From: a virus
Lineage: Duplodnaviria; Heunggongvirae; Uroviricota; Caudoviricetes
DNA length: 64,000 nt
Reading direction: 5' to 3' (one strand)
Virus record (IMG/VR): IMGVR_UViG_2695420859_000012
Part shown: positions 38,170 through 48,155 of the stretch, piece by piece
Numbering within the stretch: position 1 is the stretch's first letter
Layout of the letters: each line of letters starts with the position of its first letter
Notes under the pieces: model-generated
Seen by the model: the letters and a program-made list of their open reading frames with translations, nothing else
The model's database searches: none
What the model was told of the DNA's origin: nothing
Translations under genes and position numbers: made by a program

Positions 38170-38979
38170 TCATCCAATAGTGTACTCCGCGACAAACTTC
38201 TTAACGATCGGTGATTCTTCGTTCAATGTTAGATTTCCACCGTCTCTAACGGCAATTCCTGTCGCTGGAAATACAGCCATCATTTGCCCAGCCTGAGTTG
38301 ACGCAGTGTTAAGCGGATACGGTTTTTCTGGATTGCTCATTAAAGCAATCTTAATACTATTACTTGTAGCCTTCTTTTCTGTGAGAAGGTGTCTCATGGA
38401 AATTACCGTGTAAACACTAATATCTGGACCTCCGCTAAACCAATTAAGAAGGTTTAATATCTTATCCTTTGCTTTGACAGGCGCGTTATCGTAAGCGTCT
38501 AAGAAAATATCTTTTTCTAAGCCCGCTTTATTGAAAAACGAATCATCTTTATCACTTAAAGTAAAACGAGGACCTCTTGCAGTACGAGCTTTTTTATTTG
38601 TATTGCTATCATTTGACTGTTGAACTTTTAATTCATCATTAACCTCAACACACTCTTCAACCTCAATAAATCCCAATTGTTCTGGCTCGTTTTCGGCAGC
38701 TTCAACACTTTCAGCGTTAATTACGTTTATAGGCTCATGCGCTAACTCCAACTCATTTAAAGCAGAGCTGAAATCACCTGCTTTTTCTTCATTGAAAAGT
38801 TCTTCGGCAACATCATCAGAACTCATGGCTACGCCAGCATCTAGGCCGAGCAGCAGATCGTCAATATCATCAGTATTTTCAACCTGTGCAGCTTTTTTTA
38901 CTGGTTCATCAAGTGATTGCAACATGGCTGTCAGCTCGTCCAGATCATCATTTGTCATTACATTTTCAACCGAACTCAT
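38170..38979 (-). CDS. Acidic protein (hypothetical, 269 aa)
   Basis: N-terminal half strongly Asp/Glu-rich (DDLDELTAMLQSLDEP...NEPEQLGFIEVEECVEVNDEL). Confidence 0.5.
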   Translation of the reverse strand: MSSVENVMTNDDLDELTAMLQSLDEPVKKAAQVENTDDIDDLLLGLDAGVAMSSDDVAEELFNEEKAGDFSSALNELELAHEPINVINAESVEAAENEPEQLGFIEVEECVEVNDELKVQQSNDSNTNKKARTARGPRFTLSDKDDSFFNKAGLEKDIFLDAYDNAPVKAKDKILNLLNWFSGGPDISVYTVISMRHLLTEKKATSNSIKIALMSNPEKPYPLNTASTQAGQMMAVFPATGIAVRDGGNLTLNEESPIVKKFVAEYTIG

Positions 38980-39137
38980 GTAAGTCTCCTTCTGTTTGGT
39001 TACATTTGCGTTTCGATGGCTGCATTTTGACTAAACCTATCAGGCGGAAAAGTATTAAATACAGGCAGAAAATGATTGAAAGGCGACTGTTCTTTAAAAA
39101 AAAGCCTACTTTAAACTTTTTAAAGTAGGCTTTTGTT

Positions 39138-39695
39138 TTACACAATTTCAGAGGGTAATTTAAAAAATCCGTACTTATTACGTGCCTTAAAGAAGCATTG
39201 CATCATTAAGTTTGTGTCATATAAGGCACTATGTGCTTTGGCATGATCGTATATAAAGCCAAGAGAGAAGGCCAACTCTTCAAGGCGGGGACGTTTACCG
39301 TCTTCTGTGGCCCACAATCCCGATAACATAGTATCTATAACAGGAACTTCTGGCAGTCTTACTCCATACCCTGAAAACTCGTGTCGAATAAATGGTATAT
39401 CAAATGCTTCGCCGTTATGAGCAACCCACACACTACATGCCCCCATATAAGCGCCAATTTCGCTGGCATGATTTGACAACAAAGGTTCAGCTGCGAGCTG
39501 TTCCAATGAAATGCCATGAACGGCTTGAGCTTTCGGATCTATGTTTCTGCGAGGGTTAAAACGCATCTCCAGACTATCAATATGTCTCTGTGTCTCCAGT
39601 TCATAGCGGGTAATTGCGATTTCAATAATTTTATGACCAGCAAGGAAATCCAGTCCCGTAGACTCGATATCGATGCCTGCAACAATCGTTGTCAT
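39138..39695 (-). CDS. DEDDh-type 3'-5' exonuclease (DnaQ-like fold)
   Basis: Exo I (GIDIESTG), Exo II (HNGEAFDIPF), Exo III (HSALYDT) motifs. Confidence 0.7.
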   Translation of the reverse strand: MTTIVAGIDIESTGLDFLAGHKIIEIAITRYELETQRHIDSLEMRFNPRRNIDPKAQAVHGISLEQLAAEPLLSNHASEIGAYMGACSVWVAHNGEAFDIPFIRHEFSGYGVRLPEVPVIDTMLSGLWATEDGKRPRLEELAFSLGFIYDHAKAHSALYDTNLMMQCFFKARNKYGFFKLPSEIV

Positions 39696-39704
39696 CAGAA
39701 CTCC

Positions 39705-40124
39705 TTACAACTTCTTAGCGCCCTTAAGTAGTGCGCTACGTACAAATTGAGCCGCTTTTTTCAAAGTTTCTTCACTGGTTTCACAGACAATCGGATCTTT
39801 CCACTTACCTGACACAGTGTTGAGAATATTGATTTGGTTGCTATCCAGACAAACAGAGATATAAAGCACTGTGCCACCAGCCAGCATCAAATGCATAGGA
39901 AACAGAGGCTTTTTACTGCCTTCACTGAACTGAGACATGGCGATGTTAATGGCTTCACCCACTTGTGTACCAACAAGCCCCTGCGCAGTTTCGAATATGG
40001 CACGAATAGCCAGACGAGCCTCTCGATCGCTCATAAGCGACCGGGAATGTTCGTCCGCTACACGAATCAAAGCCTCTGTTGTTTTCCGATCCAGTTCATC
40101 TTCAAGCAACATTTCACTAAACAT
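39705..40124 (-). CDS. Hypothetical protein (139 aa)
   Basis: ORF in the DNA-metabolism operon. Confidence 0.45.
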   Translation of the reverse strand: MFSEMLLEDELDRKTTEALIRVADEHSRSLMSDREARLAIRAIFETAQGLVGTQVGEAINIAMSQFSEGSKKPLFPMHLMLAGGTVLYISVCLDSNQINILNTVSGKWKDPIVCETSEETLKKAAQFVRSALLKGAKKL

Positions 40125-40185
40125 TTTTTATCCTTAACCCATTTTGAGAGTTTTATTGTCGCAATGTCGAAGAGGCGAACAATTT

Positions 40186-40830
40186 CTAATGAACGGTCAC
40201 TCGGCCACAGAACCGGTTTTCTATCTTTTCTACAGCGTTATCTAGCATTCTCATCACTGATCTGGCTCTTGCTTCAACCGTGCGATATCGGTTGGAAACG
40301 ACGAAGGTTTGCAGATCTCCCCTTTGCGGATGCAGGTGAATTTTTGTCAGTTCCCCGCACATCAACGCATCAATACGAGCGACATACAGACGGTCTAATG
40401 ATGCTCGTTGTGATCGCAAGTAATCTCGCTCTGAGAGAGCGACTCCCGGGCGTAAGCCAGCAATGGCGTTAAAGTTTGAAATAGCAGTTTTGTGGCAAAA
40501 CTTTTCGATATCGAGGGCTAACTCAATACACCGATCTTCATTTGTATGGCCGACCAAATCCAACGTGTAGGCCATAACATCAGCAGGTGTGCGATCGATA
40601 ACAAAGCCTTCAACACCACGCGTAAGTAGCTCTATATGCTTTGCTATTTCCATTTGAATCTGAAGCCGCTCATATAGAGGCATAGAATCACCTACTCGAA
40701 CACCGAGGCGGCTCATCAAACTTCCGACACCAGCATCCACGTAAGGGATTCCGTAATGTTTGTCGATATATTTAGCCAGGGTTGTTTTCCCACTGCCCTG
40801 AGCACCAGTGATCCCAATCCGGTAATCCAT
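40186..40830 (-). CDS. P-loop nucleotide/nucleoside kinase-like protein
   Basis: N-terminal Walker A (GITGAQGSGKTTLAKYI); about 214 aa; the stop overlaps the DHFR gene region. Confidence 0.5.
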   Translation of the reverse strand: MDYRIGITGAQGSGKTTLAKYIDKHYGIPYVDAGVGSLMSRLGVRVGDSMPLYERLQIQMEIAKHIELLTRGVEGFVIDRTPADVMAYTLDLVGHTNEDRCIELALDIEKFCHKTAISNFNAIAGLRPGVALSERDYLRSQRASLDRLYVARIDALMCGELTKIHLHPQRGDLQTFVVSNRYRTVEARARSVMRMLDNAVEKIENRFCGRVTVH

Positions 40831-41306
40831 TACGACCTTCTGTATACGATCTGCGAAAAGCCAGGCTCTTCCTCGCTGGCTCGTTGGGTATAAGCTGTTT
40901 CAACAGGCACAAAGCCTAAGTTACGCATCATGCTTGCCGGGAAGAATGCATCGGCGTTTGGTACATCAATGCCGATGTGGGAGAGCCAAATCTCTTCAAC
41001 ATGCGGCATGAATAGCGAGTAAATTTGTTCCCCGCCAATCACCCACACAGGCTCTGGTAATCGCAACACATCATCCACACCAGCAGGGTAGAATCCATTT
41101 GGTACAAAGCCATGAGAGCGCGTCAAAACGAGGTTATGACGCTCTGGAAGAGGGCGTTTGAGACTTTCCATCGTTTTACGCCCCATAACGACAGTGGCGT
41201 TTTTGGTGAGTCTCTTAAATAGCTTCAGATCGGTAGAACAACGCCAGGGGAGTTCATTCGCTATGCCGATCTCATAGTTACGGCCAACAGCAGCGATCAT
41301 CTTCAT
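40830..41306 (-). CDS. folA: Dihydrofolate reductase
   Basis: 158 aa; DHFR N-terminal signature (IAAVGRNYEIGIANELPWRCSTDLKLFKRLTKNATVVMGRKTMESL). Confidence 0.85.
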   Translation of the reverse strand: MKMIAAVGRNYEIGIANELPWRCSTDLKLFKRLTKNATVVMGRKTMESLKRPLPERHNLVLTRSHGFVPNGFYPAGVDDVLRLPEPVWVIGGEQIYSLFMPHVEEIWLSHIGIDVPNADAFFPASMMRNLGFVPVETAYTQRASEEEPGFSQIVYRRS

Positions 41307-41716
41307 TTGCTCACCTCATAGATGACCGGTCGATGGTGAGAGTCGGCTAAAGCGGCACGGAGTCGAGGATCGTGCACCAGCGCAGCGATAAGCAGATCGC
41401 CTTTATGCTCCGCTAATGTGCGCTTAATATGCTTCTCATAACTGGTGCCATTCGGTACGAGATGAAGCCAGTCATAATCAACGCCAAAATCTTTCAGCCA
41501 TCGTTTAGTTGGCGCTTCAAGAGTTTCAGAGCGGCTACTGATAAGCACCACTTCAGCCCCTGAGCGAGCAAAACCACGCAACATACGGCTGGTGGGGAAA
41601 ATGAGTTCATCACCGGCAATGAATTGGCCTGCATCCGAGTCAGATACAGATTTACGATGGCTGGTATTTGCCAGCACACCTTCAATTTCGCATAAGACAT
41701 ACATACCTCTTGCCAT
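41303..41716 (-). CDS. Hypothetical protein (137 aa)
   Basis: Start placed at the internal Met just after the thymidylate synthase stop; the track ORF extends to 41812 and overlaps the upstream gene. Confidence 0.4.
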   Translation of the reverse strand: MARGMYVLCEIEGVLANTSHRKSVSDSDAGQFIAGDELIFPTSRMLRGFARSGAEVVLISSRSETLEAPTKRWLKDFGVDYDWLHLVPNGTSYEKHIKRTLAEHKGDLLIAALVHDPRLRAALADSHHRPVIYEVSK

Positions 41717-41717
41717 A

Positions 41718-42848
41718 TCACACCGCCACTGGAACCTTGATCCACGGTAGAGGGGCATAGCCAAGAATAAGAATCTCGTCCCATTTGAAATCATCCAGCT
41801 CAGACCATTCATTAGGGAATATAACGACCGGATCTGAATGCTCTGGAGCCTGTCGTTGCATTAGCTCACACACACCTTCCATGTGGTTGTTGTACAAATG
41901 CACGTCAAAGCCAAAATGCACAAATGCACCGGCCATGTGACCCGTAATCTTCGCGAGAAAATGAGTGAGAATGCCATAGCCAGCAATATTGAATGGCATA
42001 CCAACAAAAGTGTCTACGCTACGCTGTACGAGGCAGGAGTTGAGGATGCGTTTGGGGATTCCAAGTTCATCCAGTTCAGTTTCAGTAACACTGCCGTCCA
42101 TCTCCAGATCGTATAGCATCTTGGTGTAGATAGACTCATAACCGAGGCGACTGTGTTGAAGACCAATGTCAGTTGCCATCGTTAAACGGGTTTCAAAATC
42201 CAGTTCACGACTCCACAAAGAGAAGACAAAGTGGCAAGGTGGCAGTTTCATATCCTCAAGCTCGCCTACGTTCCATGCGTTAAGCATGATGCGACGATCG
42301 GTAGGGTTCGTGCGCAGTGTATCGACAATACGCTGTAGCTGATCGATTTCACGGGACAGCACTACGCGATCTTCACTGATACCCAGGTATCCCTCGACTT
42401 TGTACCCGCGTTCACGGAAAGTAGCGATCTTGCTCAGATATTCACTATGGCTCACGATGCGGGTATCTTCCCATCGACGCCACTGCTTACCGTAAACCGG
42501 CCCCAAATCGCCATTCTCATCGGCCCATGCATCCCAAATCTTAACGCCGTTATCCTTGAGAAATTGGATGTTGCCCGTGCCTTTCAGATACCACTCAAGT
42601 TCGACAAGCAGTGGCTTAAGATTTACCGCCTTTCCAGAAATAAGCGGCACAGTCCCACCAGTAAGCATGTAGTAAGAGGGAACGTAGCAGGTGCTTAAAG
42701 TACCAGTGCCTGTGCGATCATCAGCCTGCACGCCGCTTTTAAGCACCGTCTCAATAACTTTTGCATACGATGCGTTTGTTACCTGACCGTTCGTATGCTC
42801 ACGATTCAAAAGGAGTGACACAAAAACCTCACAAAGATAAGTAACCAC
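41718..42848 (-). CDS. thyA: Thymidylate synthase (ThyA family) with two insertions
   Basis: Conserved blocks DDRTGTGT, KIWDAWADENGDLGPVYGKQWRRW, DRRIMLNAWNVGEL, catalytic PCH (KLPPCHF) and FNIAGY. About 100 aa longer than E. coli ThyA. The true start may be an internal GTG near 42821. Confidence 0.8.
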   Translation of the reverse strand: MVTYLCEVFVSLLLNREHTNGQVTNASYAKVIETVLKSGVQADDRTGTGTLSTCYVPSYYMLTGGTVPLISGKAVNLKPLLVELEWYLKGTGNIQFLKDNGVKIWDAWADENGDLGPVYGKQWRRWEDTRIVSHSEYLSKIATFRERGYKVEGYLGISEDRVVLSREIDQLQRIVDTLRTNPTDRRIMLNAWNVGELEDMKLPPCHFVFSLWSRELDFETRLTMATDIGLQHSRLGYESIYTKMLYDLEMDGSVTETELDELGIPKRILNSCLVQRSVDTFVGMPFNIAGYGILTHFLAKITGHMAGAFVHFGFDVHLYNNHMEGVCELMQRQAPEHSDPVVIFPNEWSELDDFKWDEILILGYAPLPWIKVPVAV

Positions 42849-42992
42849 TTATTCATTAAGTGAGTTTACATTTATTGAGGGAACAAGGCCAGATAGATAA
42901 AAAAATGGTGGCCATAGGCCACCAAAAACGAATAGTTGTTTCAGAAATTTAACGCGCCAGCGCAATATACACAGATAGATAACTACCTACAA

Positions 42993-43862
42993 TTATTTTT
43001 TGATCATTCCGTACATTGCTGAGGCTTTAGCTTGCTCAACAAAGGAGGATAAATCGACATCACTATAGGTTGGAGACTTCAGAATCTTTCCATCGGAAAT
43101 TCGAAAACCGATCATCTTATCGGTGCCATCAGCATGGCGAAATCCCAGGTCAGAAGAGTCGTATTTGCAGTTGGCCACAGCATGGCGACGCTCTTCGGCA
43201 TCTGCAGGCCATAATTTTGTCATGTTGGACCGATGAATTTCGCCAACCAGCTCGACGACATTGATACCGAGAAAATCAGCCAGTCGATAAGTCATCATGC
43301 ACGCCACATAGATTTTGTTCATTACACGGCGCAGTTCCTGAATCAGCTCAGAATCCTTAACAGTCTTCTTCTCAAGTTTATCTGCCAGCTCTTCGAGCAT
43401 ACATGACGCCTCACGAGCTTCCTGAAATGGCATTGCCATATCATCGAAAACAGTGTTACCAGGCACAAAAATTGTCTGCATAAAGCGATCAATGCTCTGT
43501 TCCTGCGTGTAATAAGTCATGCCGGTAGAAATACCACCTTTGATGGCGACCATCGTACCAACACCAACGTATAAAAAGTCGGCCATTGCATCCAGCAGTT
43601 GCTCAATATCCCCATTCATTGCGGCTGGAATACCTTCCACTACAGCTTCTTCATGAATCAGGCTTGCACGGAGACGAAGCAGCTCTGGTGTCGGCATAAC
43701 GCGTCTCGGATGCTGGAAGAGTTCATGAAACTGATCGACCATCTTGTAAATACTTTCAGTGGCTACACCATGGCCTTCATGCAATTCATATGGTTCTGGC
43801 TTAAATCCAATGAGTCGATCGGTGGCAAGTTTCAGGTGGTCAGTCAGTTTGGTAAAGTTCAT
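42993..43862 (-). CDS. Hypothetical protein (289 aa); possibly an all-alpha NTP pyrophosphohydrolase-like enzyme
   Basis: Only a weak helical, charged-motif resemblance; position within the nucleotide-metabolism block. Confidence 0.3.
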   Translation of the reverse strand: MNFTKLTDHLKLATDRLIGFKPEPYELHEGHGVATESIYKMVDQFHELFQHPRRVMPTPELLRLRASLIHEEAVVEGIPAAMNGDIEQLLDAMADFLYVGVGTMVAIKGGISTGMTYYTQEQSIDRFMQTIFVPGNTVFDDMAMPFQEAREASCMLEELADKLEKKTVKDSELIQELRRVMNKIYVACMMTYRLADFLGINVVELVGEIHRSNMTKLWPADAEERRHAVANCKYDSSDLGFRHADGTDKMIGFRISDGKILKSPTYSDVDLSSFVEQAKASAMYGMIKK

Positions 43863-43939
43863 GCTAGTTTTGTTCCTTCTTAATTCTTGTGATCCATTGT
43901 GGCCCAGCGTTGCCAGGCCACATAATGCTTTGTATCGGT

Positions 43940-45082
43940 TTACAGGTCTGCAAACTGGCTTAGAGAAGCCTTATCCACGGTAGAATCGATCTGACCTACC
44001 AGATATGTGCTTTGCTCTGCCTCTTGTGGTGCAATTTGCAGTGTGTCGGTTAACAACCACTTGTTCATCCAGACCAGCGGGTCAGTGGTAACTTCTGGAA
44101 ATAAAGCCTTCAGGCCAAGACGATTCATAGCCAGATTGGTGCGGTATTTTACATAGGTTTTGAGAATATCCGCGTTTAAACCAATCATCGAACCGTCTTT
44201 GAAGAGATAGTCTGCCCAGTTCATTTCTTGTTCGGCGACTGATTTCATGGTGTCGTAAATGACGTTTTCTTCATCAGCAGCAATCTCTTTCCACAATAAA
44301 CCTTCGCGACCGGTACGCATGAAGCGGATCATGCGTTCAGTTCCTTCGCAATGCAGAGCTTCATCACGGGCAATAAAGCGCATAATTTTGGTGTTACCCT
44401 CAAGCAACTTCCGTTCACCAAAGGCAAACGTACATGCAAAACTTACGTAGAAACGGATCGCCTCAAGCGCATTAATGGACACCAACGTGCGGAAAAGCTG
44501 ACGATGCAAAGGGTATGGCTCCCAGCCATATTCATTTACGTACAGACGCTCAAATTCCTTCTCACCTAACGACTGGCGCTCGCAGGTCATCCCATAAAGC
44601 CTGTCATATTCAGCAGAGATACTGATCGCTCGGTTGATGATTTCTTCATCCGTAACAATACCGTCAAAAACAATGCTCGGATCGTCCACCATGCCACGAA
44701 TAATGTGGGTGTAGCTGCGGCTATGGATAGTCTCAGAGAAAGACCACGTTTCAACCCACGTTTCCAGTTCAGGAATAGAGATAAGCGGCAGCAGCGTTGC
44801 ATTTGGGCTACGTCCCTGAACTGAATCGAGTAACGTTTGATAACGGAGATTGCTCAGAAAAATGTGACGTTCGTGGTCCCGCAGCTTCGTGTTGAAGTCG
44901 ATACGATCGCTCGAAATATCAACTTCTTCCGGCCGCCAGAAGAAAGACAATTGACGTTCAATCAACTTTTCAAAATCACGGTATTTTTGCTGATCGTAAC
45001 GTGCCACGTTGACAGATTGTCCGAGGAACATAGACTCTTTGGTTGCATCATTAGCACCCAAACGGAACGTTGAATATGACAT
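43940..45082 (-). CDS. nrdB: Ribonucleotide reductase class Ia beta subunit
   Basis: Near-collinear with E. coli NrdB ([15 protein letters not shown]...[11 protein letters not shown]...ARDEALH). Start placed at the internal Met (MSYSTF); track start 45118. Confidence 0.9.
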   Translation of the reverse strand: MSYSTFRLGANDATKESMFLGQSVNVARYDQQKYRDFEKLIERQLSFFWRPEEVDISSDRIDFNTKLRDHERHIFLSNLRYQTLLDSVQGRSPNATLLPLISIPELETWVETWSFSETIHSRSYTHIIRGMVDDPSIVFDGIVTDEEIINRAISISAEYDRLYGMTCERQSLGEKEFERLYVNEYGWEPYPLHRQLFRTLVSINALEAIRFYVSFACTFAFGERKLLEGNTKIMRFIARDEALHCEGTERMIRFMRTGREGLLWKEIAADEENVIYDTMKSVAEQEMNWADYLFKDGSMIGLNADILKTYVKYRTNLAMNRLGLKALFPEVTTDPLVWMNKWLLTDTLQIAPQEAEQSTYLVGQIDSTVDKASLSQFADL

Positions 45083-45187
45083 GTGTTTTTCCTTTTTCTT
45101 TTTTATGTGTTTAAACAAGCTGTTATCTTATTTGTTTAAACAAGGCTTACAAATCAAAGAGAAGGTGGGGATACACCCCACCATATG

Positions 45188-47503
45188 TCAGATTTTGCAG
45201 GCTCCGTCGCACTCATCTTCTGGCTCGACGGCTACAGCTTGCGTCAGTGGATTCTGCGGTTCGTCGTCATCACGCTTTCCTGCCCCATCTCTGGTGTTGT
45301 GGTAGTAAAGCGTTTTAACTCCCATCTTGTAGGCGAGAAGCACATCTGACAGTAGCGTCATCATTGGGACTTTATCGCCTTCAAAGCGAGAAGGGTCATA
45401 GTTGGTATTGGCTGAAATAGCCTGGTCAAAGAACTTCTGGATGATCGCCACCTTTGTCAGATAGCCGCGGTTGTCCGGCATATCCCACAGGTATTCATAC
45501 TGTTCCTTCAGTTTTTCAAACTCAGGCACGACCATCTTGACGATGCCGTCCTTAGAAGATTTCACTGACACCGGGCCACGAGGCGGTTCGATGCCGTTGG
45601 TGGAATTAGTGATCTGGCTGGAAGTCTCGCATGGCATTTGTGCCGTCAGTGTGGAGTTGCGAAGGCCGTATTTTGCAATACGTTCACGCAGTTCTTCCCA
45701 CGGCATCTTTAACTCAAAGTTGGTTTCGCCACTTTCGTCTAATGAAGAACGGTAATGGTCGATCGGCAACTGACCAATTGCGTACTTGGTCTGCTCAAAC
45801 CAGTCACACTCACCTTTTGCTTCAGCAAGTCGGCAGCTGGCATCAAGAAGGTAATACTGGATAGCTTCGAACGTTTCATGCACCAGTTTATTGCCAGCGG
45901 TATCAGAATAACGAACGCCATTTTTTGCCAGGTAATAAGCAAAGTTGGTTACACCAATTCCCAAGCTACGACGAGCTTTGGCAGGCACTTCGGCTGCCTC
46001 CATCGGATAGTCTTGATAATCCAGTAACGAATCCAGTGCAGCAACGGCATAGAACGCCACCTCTTTAAGAGACTCCAGTGAACGGATGGCTCCGAGGTTA
46101 AAAGCGGATAAAGTGCATAGCGCGATCTCACCGTTCGGGTCGTCGGTAAATGCCAGTGGACGGGTGGGTAGGGTGATCTCCATACACAGGTTTGACTGGC
46201 GGACAGGTGCAAGAGCAGGAATGAAAGCGCCATGCTCATTAATATGATCGACGTTCGCAATATAAATTCGGCCCGTGGACGCTCGTTCCTGCATCAGAGA
46301 TGAGAACAGCTCAATGGCAGGTACTGACTTCTTGCGAATTGAATCATCGGCTTCGTATTTATGGTACAGCTTTTCAAACAGATCCTGGTCTGTGAAGAAG
46401 GCTTCGTACATATCAGGCACATCATGCGGGCTGAACAGAGTGATGTTCTCGCTTCTGACGAGTCGACGGTACATCAGACGGTTACTCATGACACCGTAAT
46501 CAAGATGGCGAACGCGGTTTTCATCGATACCACGGTTATTTTTCACCACCAGCAGACTTTCAACTTCAAGATGCCAAATCGGGTAAAACGCTGTTGCTGC
46601 GCCACCACGGACACCACCTTGCGAGCAAGATTTAACAGCAGTCTGGAAATGCTTCAGGAATGGAATAACTCCGGTATGGGTGGCTTCACCATTGCGGATC
46701 TCGCTGCCCAGCGCACGGATACGGCCAAAACCAATACCAATTCCAGCACGACGTGAAACGTAGTCGATAATTGCGGCTGAAGCTGCACTAATCCCTTTCA
46801 GACTATCGCCAGACTCAATCAGCACACAACTGGAGAACTGACGGGTTGGAGTACGGACGCCGGCCATGATTGGTGTGGGCAGAGACAGTTTGAACGTACT
46901 TGTAACGTCATAGAAACCTTTGACCATCTCCATACGTGTTTTGCCAGCGCAGTCGTCTTCCCAATTCTGGAACAGACACATGCCCACCAGCATATAGATA
47001 TGTTGCGGCCCCTCATGAATCTCACCAGTAACACGGTTTTGAACGAGGTATTTGCTTTGCAATTGCACCGTAGCCGCATAGCCAAAAAGATCGTCACGTT
47101 TAGGCTTAATGTAATTGCCGAGTTCTTCGATCTCTTCAAATGAATAATGTGTCAGCAAATCCTTGTCATAAACGCCCTTGCTAACGTTCTTGATAATGTG
47201 TTGGTAGAAGTTCGGATAGTCGTAACGACCGAAGGCATCTTTGCGGATTTTAAAAATGTTCAGGCGGGCAGCCACCTGCGAGTAATTTGGTGCATCTGGT
47301 GAGATCAAATCAGCGGCAGATTTAACCAAAGCCTCATGCAACTGGCTGGTGGTAATCCCATCAAAAATGCTGGCCGCAGCTCCCATTGCTACAGCGGATG
47401 CGCTTACACCACGAATGCCTTCTACGCCATACATTACGACGCGGTTGTATTTTTCTTCGGATAACGGCTCTGTTTGGCCGTTACGTTTTACGATGCTTAT
47501 CAT
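45188..47503 (-). CDS. nrdA: Ribonucleotide reductase class Ia alpha subunit
   Basis: 771 aa with N-terminal ATP-cone-like region and conserved catalytic core (NLCMEITLPT, C-terminal CxxC tail ...ECDGACKI). Confidence 0.9.
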   Translation of the reverse strand: MISIVKRNGQTEPLSEEKYNRVVMYGVEGIRGVSASAVAMGAAASIFDGITTSQLHEALVKSAADLISPDAPNYSQVAARLNIFKIRKDAFGRYDYPNFYQHIIKNVSKGVYDKDLLTHYSFEEIEELGNYIKPKRDDLFGYAATVQLQSKYLVQNRVTGEIHEGPQHIYMLVGMCLFQNWEDDCAGKTRMEMVKGFYDVTSTFKLSLPTPIMAGVRTPTRQFSSCVLIESGDSLKGISAASAAIIDYVSRRAGIGIGFGRIRALGSEIRNGEATHTGVIPFLKHFQTAVKSCSQGGVRGGAATAFYPIWHLEVESLLVVKNNRGIDENRVRHLDYGVMSNRLMYRRLVRSENITLFSPHDVPDMYEAFFTDQDLFEKLYHKYEADDSIRKKSVPAIELFSSLMQERASTGRIYIANVDHINEHGAFIPALAPVRQSNLCMEITLPTRPLAFTDDPNGEIALCTLSAFNLGAIRSLESLKEVAFYAVAALDSLLDYQDYPMEAAEVPAKARRSLGIGVTNFAYYLAKNGVRYSDTAGNKLVHETFEAIQYYLLDASCRLAEAKGECDWFEQTKYAIGQLPIDHYRSSLDESGETNFELKMPWEELRERIAKYGLRNSTLTAQMPCETSSQITNSTNGIEPPRGPVSVKSSKDGIVKMVVPEFEKLKEQYEYLWDMPDNRGYLTKVAIIQKFFDQAISANTNYDPSRFEGDKVPMMTLLSDVLLAYKMGVKTLYYHNTRDGAGKRDDDEPQNPLTQAVAVEPEDECDGACKI

Positions 47504-47576
47504 GTATCACCAAATAAAGAGGGCCACTATATTTAGTGGCCCATGTTAATAGATAAGCACTTACCTATCAATGAGA

Positions 47577-48146
47577 TCAAATGAGAGACTTGAGAACATC
47601 GCGCACCTGGCGAAACTGATCTGTTTGCATACCGGTATGGATGGCAGCCACCGCATCAGCCAAATGTTCGTTTTTGTTCACGAGAACATCCTGTCCAGAT
47701 TGCTTACGACGCAGCCACGGTGCTTTAGGGTGTTTTTTCGTAGCCCACTGGATAATCTCTTCTTTCGATGTAGTAAGTTTATTGCCAACAAAATGCTTGA
47801 TTTCGTTTGGAGTGACCTGGATCAATGGCTTATCCACACACGCAAGTACACCGATACAAATACCGTAAGACGTCTGCGAACGAGAGTTTTGGCTCCCAAC
47901 CGGTAGTTCACAAAAAACCATATTCGCCTTATCAATGATTGGCTTCGCAACACGCCATATTTCACTGGCACGGCGCAGATCGTCACTGTTCACACGAACG
48001 GTCTTTTTGTTACTCCCCGCTTTAGTCTCAACAAGAGTAAGGCCGTGAATCTCAAGTTCGTCCGTTTCAAGGTCTAAAGTGCCCACAGCAAGCCCAAAGT
48101 TGCTCATAGAGGGATCAACACCAACTACGCTGATTTTTTTACTCAT
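47577..48146 (-). CDS. RuvC-like Holliday junction resolvase (putative)
   Basis: N-terminal VVGVDPSMSNFGLAV pattern typical of the RuvC/YqgF fold; 189 aa. Confidence 0.55.
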   Translation of the reverse strand: MSKKISVVGVDPSMSNFGLAVGTLDLETDELEIHGLTLVETKAGSNKKTVRVNSDDLRRASEIWRVAKPIIDKANMVFCELPVGSQNSRSQTSYGICIGVLACVDKPLIQVTPNEIKHFVGNKLTTSKEEIIQWATKKHPKAPWLRRKQSGQDVLVNKNEHLADAVAAIHTGMQTDQFRQVRDVLKSLI

Positions 48147-48155
48147 ATAGTCTCC

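Noticed and set aside
37983-38195. 70-aa ORF overlapping the Dam-like methyltransferase start
   Set aside because: It spans the intergenic gap and palindromic motif between two well-supported genes and has a basic, low-complexity translation.
41718-42848. ThyA homolog as a dUMP/dCMP hydroxymethylase for DNA hypermodification
   Set aside because: The substrate-specificity position in the FNI block is Asn (the dUMP/TS type, not the Asp of dCMP hydroxymethylase), and a DHFR gene is translationally coupled downstream, which fits DHF-producing thymidylate synthesis. Kept only as a low-priority note.
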